Assembly (NCBI GenBank): GCA_000182565.2
Contig: KQ257454.1
From: Spizellomyces punctatus DAOM BR117
Lineage: Eukaryota
Strand: one strand, 5' to 3'
DNA length: 64,000 nucleotides
In this document: piece after piece, positions 37,800 through 49,200 of the stretch
Position numbering within the stretch: the first letter of the stretch is position 1
Layout of the letters: each line of letters starts with the position of its first letter
The notes under the pieces: model-generated
Told to the model about the DNA's origin: nothing
Databases searched by the model: none
The model's input: only the letters and a program-made list of their open reading frames with translations
Program-made: the position numbers and the translations under genes

Positions 37800-38478
37800 A
37801 TGGACCAAAGAGCTGCATTCTATTTGGCGGGTCTATCTTCAGCGCTAGCTGTTGTGCTGGTTGTCTTTGCAGCTGTATTCTTGTGGAAGCGGAGAAAAGG
37901 TTCTATCTTGGTGTCAAGGACGGCACAAGACAAGGACAAGGCGCCTCATAGGAGAAGCGTACCTTGCGAATCCACAATTCCCCTTGCAGTATGCATCGTA
38001 CTTTTACGTTCAGTTCGTGCATGTGTGGGTAGTGACCTCTCTTTTTTCATTCCCTTTTTGGTTCTAGTCGCGTACAGGCGACAAACCTGCGCATAGATCT
38101 GCATCCCTTTCCCGTCCTCAACCGGAGCAGACTGGGCTCCGCTCAGGCAAATCGGACCCTTCCACCCCAAAATCCTTTCCTGCAAGTCCCTCTTTCCGGA
38201 CGATTCTCGCGACGAGATCGTGCGAATCTCTCCTTCAACTTCCAAGTCCCGCAGTGGAGACTTGGACGTTGGACATTTTAGACGCACAGCCATCCCGATC
38301 AGACTCAACTATAAACGTCACGACAACACCGAGCCTTCCACGACGCGTGCGCCAGCAACCTACGCAAGAAAATTTAAATGATTCGGGGGTCCCACTAGAG
38401 TCGGAATCCTTGAGGGATAGTTTAGGGCAGCAGTTTGGAACGATGATAACGGCACCAACTTCCAATGGATCGAAATGA
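37800..38478 (+). CDS. Hypothetical small single-pass membrane protein; exon structure uncertain
   Basis: ATG 37800, hydrophobic helix FYLAGLSSALAVVLVVFAAVFLW followed by basic KRRK, then a Ser/Pro-rich downstream exon. Confidence 0.5.
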
Positions 38479-38786
38479 GATATTCACGGCTGTTGACAAT
38501 TTTAGATATTTAGAGAGTTGATACAAGTTTAGAGATTGTTTTATACGTAATATTTTGGAGTTTACCCCCCAGCATCCAGGCATTCAGATGACTAGTCGTT
38601 CTCCTTTTACCGACATCGTTCATGGACTGACAACGGATGTAACGGATGTGGTAGTGGTTCTACTACTGTAATTCATTCTGGATCTGGTATTCATGGCAAC
38701 AGGACACGTCATGGCCCTTCACGTCATCACAATTGACCATCTTGTTCTGCGGATCTTCCGAATTCCCACTGGTGCATATACGCAGA

Positions 38787-39686
38787 ATGTCGTCGGCTAA
38801 TGGTCCCTTTTCCTCCATCCCCGTTGATGAGCGAACAATGAATCACCCATTGGGTCGCGCCTTGATAAGGCTCAAGACATACCAACCAACATTGGAAGAG
38901 CAAGAGGCCCTAAAGACAGCAAGTAGACGGGTGACTGTATATAGTACGCATGGCTAGGGCATTTTTGGCCTGTGTATTGTATTTTGAATGTTCCCGCACC
39001 TATGTTCACTCGAATTGGTTTGTTTATATTCGTGTTCTCTAGGCCTGGTAGGAGCTGGTGCAGGTGGCTTCCTCGGAAATTATCTTGGACGTAGAAGGAA
39101 TTGGAACTTTCGACCTCGTATTGCTTGCGCAGCAGGTATGTGGATATCATAATCCCTTACTTAAGAGTACTAGAACGATGTGTATGTTTCTCCTAGCTGT
39201 GGCGATCGTTGGGTTTTATACCGGCGGCTTTCTCGGGCTACGTTCGGCAGCAAAGTATCTTTACACCCTACCAAACTCACCAATGATGGATATAGTACGC
39301 CATGAAATGTAAGCTGTCCAATTTGTCAAGAAAATTGTTGTAAGACTGACGGGTGAGCCATTCAAAGCAAAAAGGAAGAATTCCGCCGAATGGGGGCGAC
39401 CCTACCTGAAGAGATACCCGATTCCGCGCAGGAACGATCAACGTACAGCGTCAACGTCTCCGGGGACTCTTCATGGGGACAAGAAGCACGTGCGTCTTGT
39501 CAGTTCTCTCATTACCAGTGTTTGCAGGTTCTAACTAGCTATGCAGCGTCGTCGCCATTTTCTGCACAACCGCAACCGGACTTTCAAACTTCAAATCCCG
39601 TTGATGCGTCGTTTCCGCGATCAAGGGAGGATTGGGAAGACGTGGGGAAGCGGCGGACCAACCAATATGGCGATGTCATTGAATAA
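38787..39686 (+). CDS. Small two-TM protein, OCIA-domain (OCIAD/Asrij)-like
   Basis: TLEEQEAL before two Gly-rich TM helices (SLVGAGAGGFLG; VAIVGFYTGGFLG). C-terminus RRTNQYGDVIE resembles the NKYGD terminus of OCIAD1. Confidence 0.55.
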
Positions 39687-39935
39687 TGTCTTGAGTATAC
39701 ATGTCGACGGCGGAGTGTCGTCGATTTTATTGAATGTAGACGTTTGTGCTTGTAGCGGGACTTATCTTCCGCTTAAAAACATCTGCTGAGGTTGGGATGC
39801 TTGTGCTGGTGGCGTAAAACTTGCAAGTGCATAGTCTTATGTGTTGGCATGGCAGAGTCAGTTCATTTGCAGATACCATTCAAGTGAGAGAAATAAAATA
39901 AATGTACAGGTATTGATGTCTACAGCTCTACAGGA

Positions 39936-42900
39936 TCATGAGGTTTCTTCTTTCAGTACAGTGCCACCTCCCAGCCCCCATTCCTCCACAACCTCCTCAA
40001 TCTCTTCGCATCGTGCTCTCCACTTTTGCAAGTCCTTTCTCAATTGACTCGCTTCAGCTTCCTTCTCCATAAATCGCTTGGCCCAAACGGTCTCATCTTC
40101 ATCTTCATTCCCATCGTCTTCGGCTCCACTTCCTGCGGAAAGAGAGACAACGAGTCTTTTCACATGACCGAGACTCTGTTCAACTGCTGCGATGTGTGCT
40201 TGGGCGTTAGCATAGGCACTCTGCAGCTGACTGTGCTGAAGTGCCAGTGTATGTATGCGATGTTGCAAACTCTCGGTATGGAGGTCGTCGCCCGATTGCC
40301 GTGATGAATGGTCATTAGGAGGTCGATCAAATTTCCATATCACTCCCGCCTTTGCCAATCGTGCTTTTATAGTTTCGATTCTAGAAAACGAGAGCATGGC
40401 TTCGGTTTGTGTTTCTGCTGTGGCTGTGTGAATGGGCTGCAGGAGCGGTCCCGGTTCATGTGGTCGGTTGTGGTTTGGTGATGGTGGAATTGATGTGCGC
40501 TCGCCAACACCTGAGCCGCCGTGTTGTTGCAATAGTATTTCAATCTTCTCATGCTGCAAATCAATTACCATATGTGCCTCCTCAAGTGCATCTCGGAGTT
40601 TGGTGGCCTCCGAAACCAATCCTGCGACGGCCCTCTCCAGATTCCCGTTTTCCCATTCTCGCGCCAAGACAGGGGTGCTGGCCGACGCCATGTTTCCGTT
40701 CTCAAGCGCATCAACCGGCCTAGCAATCCTCCAGAGCCGTTCTAATATGTCCACCACTGCATCAAGGTCAGTCCGTGCTCTTGAGGCTTCCCCTTTCAAA
40801 ACCTCTTCCCTTGCCTTCCATAGTTCCCGTTCCCTTTCCATACTCTCTCGGACGCTTTTCATTTCTGCTTCCATTTCCACGTACTTGGTCTCGGCCCTCT
40901 CCGCTTCCCATGTAGCCAATTTATTCTTCTCCACTTCAGCCTTCCGTCTTTCACAATCTGCCTGCAGATCTTGCACTTCCGCGGCCAGTTCGTCACAACG
41001 ACGCTGTAATGTTTCGATGGCCTCTCGTGCTGAGGGAGTAGACGCGGTTCGAAGCAGCAATGTTCCGATATCGGCTTGAGAAAGCCGGAGACGATCCAGT
41101 TCGCTGCGAAGTATCGCGTGTTCCTCTTGAAGAGTACCGAGTTGCCGCAAGGTGTCAGTATGTGTTTCAAATAGTGCTGCGTAGTCGCTTCGAACGTCGG
41201 TGCTCGAGGCCAGGCTAGCAGCTGATGTTGGCACCGTGCTCAACAGAGGAGTTCCAGAATGTACCGTACCGGGAGCTAAATTTGTGTCGACTCGTAGATT
41301 ACCCCAACCAACCGCAATTGAGGATGATGAGGAATGCTCCTTTTCGGTAGAGCATGCTTTATCGGCTGCAGTTATTAATGCGTCTTCATGGGTAGTCTCC
41401 CATCTTCTTCGCTCGTCCATCACTGCCTTTCTGACGCGAGCATCCATTTCAGCTTCCATCGCTGCCATCCGGGATTCAATATCACTTCTCATGCGTTCAC
41501 GATATTTTTCAACGGCCACTTTCACATGCTCCTCCATTGTTGAACGCATCTCATGCGCTTGCTTTGCGCTGTTTTCTTCAGCCACCTTCACTTGTATGCG
41601 GGCAACCTGTAATTCGCTGCGAATTCGTTCGTATTCCGTCTCCATATCAGCCACTCGAGTCTCAGCTTCAGCTCGAATGGCCTCTTCCGCCCGCGCATGC
41701 TCTTCGGCGATGCTCCGCAACTTTTCCTCAAATTCACTACGAAGTGCCTCTTTAGTTTGGTCCCGAAGGCGTTGAAGAGCCTCCTGGACCCTTTGCTCAA
41801 CTTGACGGTTTGCCTCGTCTTCCAACCGCTGCCGCTCTTCCTTTACTGCAATACGTACATGCTCCTCCACTTGTCGCTGTCGGTTCTCAGCATCTGTATC
41901 TTCTTGCATATCGTCGATTGGCTTATTGACCTCCAATTCAAGCCGGTTGCTCTCTAATTCGTTCATCAGCTGATGCTTGTCATTCTCCAGAACACGGATC
42001 CTCACTTCCATTTCTTTTGCCTGCTCTATGGCGCGTGCCCGCCGTGCATTGGCAACTTTGACGTCTTCCTGAACGGTTTGAAGCGTAGCAGCAGTATTCG
42101 CCTGTTCTTGCCGCGCAATTTGAAGACGAGCGGTGAGATCCTCGGCCTCTTTCTTGAGCGCTTCAATGCATTCATCACGTTGTATCGCTTCCTGCAAGTC
42201 TAATTTCGTGGCAGGCCTAGGTGCTGCAAAGCCACCTTCATTTGAAAGTGATGAGTGAGTTTGCTGGTGGGATACCAATTGTTGACTCAAACGTCTCTTT
42301 TCCTGATCTGATGCGACCAGCCGGACCTGCTCCTCAACTAGCGCGGCTTGAACGTCAGTGACCACTCTCACAAGCCGATCGTTCTCAATATTGGCTTTCC
42401 GAAGATCTGAGCGTGTTTTTTCTAATTCTATCTGCAACGACGCAGGTTGCATTTCCAAACCGTCACTTTTCACTTCTTCGTGATGGCCTGAAGATCCAAG
42501 ATCCGACGACAAAGGAGTCAAGGATTCGTTCGGAACAGTGGTGGAAATCTTTTGTTCTACACTTGACACATTGGGAAAACCTCCTGGTAAGGCATGTTCA
42601 CTCTCTACTTTTTGCATCTGTGCAAACCCATCCTCACTCTCGGAACAGACTTCATCCCCTCTCACGGTTAAATTGCCAGAAGATGTCGTGCTGGAAGGCA
42701 AAGCCAAGAGATGGGGCTGTGTTGTGTAAGTTGTACGAGAGGCGGTTTCCGAGGATGGCCGTCCTTCAGCCGGCACTGCTGTTTGTTCATCGTTGGTGGA
42801 CGACCGGGGAGACGAAGCATCGCCGCGCTTTGCAAGCTTGGTAGCTTGGAATCGTCTGAGCTACACGGTACATATTAGAACAGGCATTAGATTATACCTA

Positions 42901-43020
42901 CTGGAACTGCAACTGCTAACTGGCTTCCTTGCATGGATTTAGCTGGCCATGTCCAAGTTCGTTTCTTACCTTCTTTCTAGCAGCTTCAACCTTTTTTGCT
43001 CGCTCAGTATCGTCTGTCAT
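39936..43020 (-). CDS. Long coiled-coil protein (about 990 aa) with golgin/pericentrin-like N-terminal basic helix, 2 exons
   Basis: Exon 1 MTDDTERAKKVEAARKK splices in phase to LRRFQATK and runs into the 946-aa heptad-rich ORF. Confidence 0.75.
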
Positions 43021-43233
43021 TTGAATTGGGGAATCTTCGCTACCTGTGATACTCTGCCATCAGCTAGGTGCATTTAAGGAAAACGGCGTTCATCTCAGCG
43101 TACGCGCGAGATCTCTCGTGAACGGTTTCAGTCTGATCACATGACCGTCATATCATGAAAATAAACAAACATGCCTTAACAAGATCTTAAATTAATTCTC
43201 TAAGCTCACATGACTATCTATTCTATAATTTCA

Positions 43234-44890
43234 CTAATAGCTACCACGTCCCAAGACTGCAACCGCAGACGCAGAAAAGATCCCGCCATTCCCGTAGACC
43301 AGGGCCCTCCGAGCATTCCTTACCTGCCGCTGGGGACCTGCCCGGTTGGTGAGCTGATCGTACGCCTCAATAATATTGTACCTACACACATATATGAGAT
43401 TTTTTGATAGGAATAAGTTTTCTCAGCACACTTACATGGCAGGTACCTCCCACGGGGCACCGAAAGCTAGCAGACCACCATGGGTATTAATCGGGAAGAC
43501 ATCCTGTGGCTTGAAGCCGTCGGGATCTCTTTCAAGACCCTTGACGATTTGGTAATACTTTTCTTCTACGAACGATCCACCATGACCTTTGGGCGCCAAA
43601 CCAACAGCCTCAATCGCTCGAATTAGGCAGATTGGGAAGCAATCATATCTACAGTAGATGTCGGTAATGGTGAGTCAAGCAGTTACAGTAGAGGGCACTA
43701 CGAGGCCCGAGGCAAAATTTGATATCTTACAATCCAAAGAAATCAATGTCCCGAACGCCAACCTGGGCCTCATCATAGGCAACTCCGGCGGCTTCCTCGC
43801 ATGAAAACATCTGTTCGCTCATGTCTTCGATACGTTTCGGTGGGAAGAGTGGACCAGACGCTTCTCCCCCACCTACAACCACAACGCCAGTGTTTCGGGA
43901 TAATCCTTTGCGCTCCAAAAAACTAGAGCTAGCAAGGATGATCGCCGCTCCACCATCAGCCCGACGGGCGCATTCAAGAACGCTAGTGACAGGCGCAACA
44001 TGCCGTGCAGACAGTATTTCCGTGATGGTGCGGGGAGTATGAGTGAGCGCAGAGGGATGGCGGGAAGCCATTATGGACATTAAAGCCGAACTGAAGGTAA
44101 TGTGCCAGAGTCAGCAATAATAGCACAATCTGATTTCAAATAGAACATACCAGGCTGCTAATTGTTCTCTAGTTGTTCCGAAATTCTTCATCTGGTATTG
44201 GGCAACTCTGTCGTAACCAGAAGGAATAACTGGTGAGGGAAGTTCCGCCTCCGGGTGATTGCATGTTTGATCCGCTCTCTTCAAGAATTCTTCCCCGGAC
44301 AGATTCTTCACTGCATCGCCTATTGAAACGCTAGTGTCGGCATAGATAGTGCCGATAGAAATGAAAAAAACACCTACCCGCCACAACCGCCACAAGATCT
44401 GCTCCTTCCATTTGAATCATACGCTTGGCTTCCAGCTTTCCCACATATACAAAGTCAGGCTCTTGTAATTGGGTAATGGTTATAGTATTCTGTAGCTACC
44501 AACGTACCAAGCCAGTAACAGGGCCCGCCCCTCCAGTGTCCACAGTTCTCACGATAATACTCTTGCCAGGAAGAAGCCCGATTTGCGTGGCAAGATAATG
44601 TGCTTCCTAAGAACGGTCGTCAAGCCAGGAATTAATTATTATAATTTATAGCTTTGCTAAATTACCATAAAATGAGTGTCAGCCAAGGAAGGCACGGCAA
44701 TAAGGCCATTCAAATCCTTCAAGCTGACTCCGGCATTATCAAGAGCGAGGCGGAGTGCTTGCTGCATAAGAGCAGAAGGCGATACTTTCTGGCCAGCGAG
44801 GACGGCATGTTTGGCTGGCGACCTCGGGTTGAGAGGAGTTATTCCAGTTCCAATTATTCTCACAGACTTCGGGATCCGTATCGGAGGCAT
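43234..44890 (-). CDS. Thiolase-fold protein (SCP2-thiolase-like) with atypical active site, 7 exons
   Basis: VRIIGTG, ECARRADGGAAIIL, LYDCFP, PINTHGGLL, QLTNRAG.QRQV and YGNGGIFS are thiolase-superfamily motifs. Confidence 0.85.
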
Positions 44891-46229
44891 GACAGAACAA
44901 TGGTCGTTAACACTGTGCTAGACTCCGATGTCCGCTGGTCCTTCACATGCAAAGTGGCTTGATGCAGTCACGTAAGCAATCGGACCATTACTTCTAGTTT
45001 GCATTGAGTCGGTCATGGTCCACCTTAGGCACCGTTTATTTTGGATAAAGGGCCTCATCATTCTTGGCAGTTTGATTTTCGTCTAACACTTACCTTCGCA
45101 TTTGTCCTAACTCCCTAAGTGCAGTCCTATTCTAATTTTATGGGATCCGTGCCAGCATTTTCACAAATAGATATCAGTCCAGGCTACTGGGATTCATCAG
45201 CTATTTCCAATCGCAATGTACAACCTGTCGTCCCAAGTATCAAGTTCAGTTCCGGTATGAAGTAAAAATGTAGGCAAAAGACCGCTTGACAAGAACCATA
45301 ATTGAAAGGCGATAAGACTTTCATCGTAGGAGGAACTACCCACGAGCACATGCTACCACCAGATTAATAGTCGCAAGACCATTAGCGACAATGGCAGGTG
45401 CCCTATTCCAATTGTGCCGTCGAATTGTGAATATAGGCAAAAAGTTGCATTGTGTTATTCCGCAAGTCAGTCGACGTTCAAAGATGACACGTCTCCATGA
45501 AGAGACGGGTCGCTTATTCTCATTCGATTTCGTCGAAGCTTTCTGGAGATAGATACGAGATAGGTAGGGGCATGATGCTGTGGAAATGGCGACTAATTGG
45601 CAGAATTTGAGGTACATATAGAACGGAAAGAGCATCGGAAGCAACATGAATTCTAGTTTCACCCTAATAGAATGCATCTATATGCAAATCACATGTCTGG
45701 CGAGTGATGGATGCATGACTACCCTTGTGGAGCACTTATTTGACCGAATGCTGGTCAGACATAGCAGCTGATAGCAGAACTATTTTTTAGGGACAGTGAT
45801 AATTACATAGCCGAAGCACTGAAGCACAGTTCCTTCGTCTCAACAAAAGGAGCATAGAAAATTCAGCTATCGTCCTGTCGAAGCACACATCCGTACAGAT
45901 CCGTGAGGAGCGAAAATTCGTCTTTTTAGGAGGATCCTGATTACTTTCTGATTTTCTAGCGGCAGATCCCCACTGAAGATGCTCTAATTCATATGCTCAA
46001 AGGCACTCTTTCCGTTCAAGGCGCCGTGTGATGGGGGTGACAACAAGGGATTCCCCGTCCGTGGCTAACGCGCCTTGAGGCGCAGCTCATTCACGTAAGC
46101 ACGGCGGAATGTCGGTTGGCAGGTGAACAAATATTGATCGCTAGCTATTAAGAGGTTCGTCTTCTTGCAGCCCAAACGAGTTAATATGAAGGAGAACACT
46201 GACAGTATTTAGAAAGATGCCAGAAGCCA

Positions 46230-49200
46230 ATGGACGATCCAATAGATAATTCCGAAGAGAACCCCGAACAAAGAACTGTTATCGTGGGGCAACATTCTCA
46301 CGACACGAACAGTGCGCCATCCGAATCAACAACTGTTGAATCAACCCCGAGCATCCCACCAACAGATTCGACAGCTGAGAATATTGATGTCGAACACAAA
46401 GAGACAGAAGCTCCGCTATCAAACACAACTATCCTACGACGGATTGAAGCTGAGTCTGCACCTAGCAACGCAACTCTCGACAATGAAGGCAGCGAAAAGC
46501 CAAAACGACATGGACGATCTCGATCGACCTCTGTAACATTCCAGATTGACAGTTCAACTGCGGCTGGAAGGAAGGGGAGACCGCGGACGAAATCTGATAC
46601 CACAGTAAAATCCAAGAGTTCGAACGGTCTCGTCTCACCGCCTTCTATTATCTCCGAAAGCACGTTAAAAGTTCCGATTTTTGATGGAAGACATACCAAT
46701 GATAATCCAATAGCCTCAGCTAGTGGAGTAACAGACAATGAGGGTGAAGTTGAAAGCACGAAAATCGATAGAGTGGCACCTGAAGAGAACAATGTGGAGC
46801 CTGATGCAACTGCAGAGCTGGCCGAATCACCAGGCACGTCTGATGAAGTTCCTAGTGCGATAAATGGTCCGAAGCATTCCCTGCTGCCATCTCCCGTAAG
46901 TGGAGAGAAAGTAAAAAAAGGGCGCTCACATACTCTAGCACACTCATCACTTCATCGATCTCACTCTGATGCCGGAAAACGATCGTCCACGAGAACGATT
47001 GACAAGGCACGAAGGCCTGCTTCCGAAGTTAGGTCAGAAAAGAAAGTGTCTAGCAGCACTTTTGGTGTCCTTATAGTCGAGCCTGTAGGGCCTGACTCAA
47101 CAGAAGGCGGTGTCGAGGTACCACAAGGGGGTACCAGCAATGCGACTCCTGCGTCTGGAGTTGCATCGCGTTTTGCAGAACATAATACTCGCGGCAACGA
47201 GATAAACCGCATTTCCGTGGCAACCACAGAGTCGGATAACACGACCGAACGACGTCCTAGTAGTGTTACCCGACCACGTCGAGTGTCTTTCGCAGAGAGC
47301 GCTATTGCGCCCTCCGAAGAGAACCTTTCCAGTAGTTGTGAATCAATGGGCTCCGAAAAAGATGCTCAGGAGATAGGTTCTCCGGAAACTATTATATCGG
47401 AAGATGACCATGAAGTACCAGAGGTGAACGTTGAAGTACCACCTGCCCTCGATGACGCGCCAGACTCCCAACGGTTACCCGAGAATGAAACATCAGCTCA
47501 TGAATCTGACAACAGTGTGGCAAGTAACTCAACACCTCTTCAGGTGCCGGATGTTATCGAAGACCCCCCGACCTCGAGTCTTATGGAAACCCCGCAACTC
47601 AGGCCGTCCGAGCTGGCACCTGGGACTACGCTTCGGGTTCTCGTTGCGCATCAGGCATCAGACGCTGAGGAACTGGAACTGGAGGCAGGAGATCTCGTCG
47701 AGCTGGACCTTACTCCTGGATCAGATTCAGAGTATTGGTGGTATGGGACGAACCGCTCATGGGGTCCAAATAATGGACAGCAGGGATTTTTCCCTGCCGA
47801 ATGCGTGAAGGTAGAAACATGGGAGGGCTCTCGTGAGATATCACACGACGCGCCTTCCATAGTAATTGCCAGTAATGGGATATCAGATATCCCAGTAGAG
47901 GTTGCTGTTCCATCGGAGCCCTCCATATACGGAGAAGTAGAGCAATCGGTAGAAGACGAGGAAAAACAATGTGTGATACCGACTCGTGTTCCTCCGGGAA
48001 CTAAAGTAACGGTAACTCACGTATATGAACGGACAAAAGCTGATGAGCTAGACCTGACCCTCGGCGAAACAATTGTCGTGATGGAGGCTCCGGAAGGTGG
48101 TTGGTGGAGGGGAATGAAAAACCTGGGCGGCAAAGAAGCGCAATCTGGATGGTTTCCTGCAACTATGATCAGAGTTGATGAGGATGAGCTGAGCGATAAA
48201 CAAATGCAGGCAGGAGGCCTGCAGAGCGCCGGGGCTTCGGCGATGCAACTTCCTACGAACGATTCTCCCAAGCGAAAGTCATGGTATAAGCGATTGGTTG
48301 TCAAAAGATCAGCAACATCCAACAACAATAATAGTAGTAGTACTAATGACCGCAGTACAAAAAAGAACCGCAACCGATCCCTATCAGCCCCGCCCCCAAA
48401 TGCCAGTACCGGGGGGCTGACTGTTGACTATGACTATTCTATGATGAACCGATCCGCAGAGGTATTGGGACTAGAATCAGTGATGGAAGGTGTCGGCGAA
48501 AGCGAGCTACAATTAAGTTGCAGTACCAATGACATTGGAGCTGTTCCGCATAGTGCTCCGGTGATCGTTGAGCCCCGTCATCAGCGTTCGCGAAGTGCAC
48601 CGCCTGTCTCCATAGACTCCAGCCCTAAACAGCCTACCTCGCCAACGGCCGAGATTCCGACTTTCATGTTAACGGACTTCGATCAGCCCTCACTCACCCA
48701 ATCACCTCCACAGCATGATTCTTTCATCCCAAGTAAAGACATCGACGTCACAGACCTTCTGCCATCCCTTGCAATCGTACCACCTCCTCAAAACGTACGA
48801 TTGTCGGCTCTAATCAGCGACGAAGCCATCGGTAAATCAATACGGTGGCAAGACCGCTTAGCAGATACGGTGCTCCAGCAAATGACGCAAAAAGAGAAAC
48901 AGCGAATGACGGCCATTTTTGAGCTCCTAACAACGGAGAGGGATTACGTACGAGATCTAAAAATCATCATTGAAGTTAGTAGCTCTGGACAGTGTATGTT
49001 TTAGAGAGTCGACCCAAGCTCACTACCTTTCGGAATGATAGATCTTCAAAAAGCCCATGGCCGAGCGAAAAATCGTGAATGCAAAAATCATAGACTCGAT
49101 TTTTTCCAACATCGAGGAGCTGCTGGCAGTTAGTCAGGTAACATATCGGGCAGTCCTGTCTCTATGTTCTGATTATTGCTTACCAACTTCACCAACCTTG

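Noticed and set aside
38632-38649. Tandem AACGGATGT duplication
   Set aside because: Only two copies and no spacers, so not an array or CRISPR.
45336-45677. 113-aa minus-strand ORF in the thiolase-GEF spacer
   Set aside because: No domain, atypical composition and no supporting splice structure.
48318-48347. AAC/AAT/AGT trinucleotide run
   Set aside because: Low-complexity Asn/Ser coding tract within the GEF.
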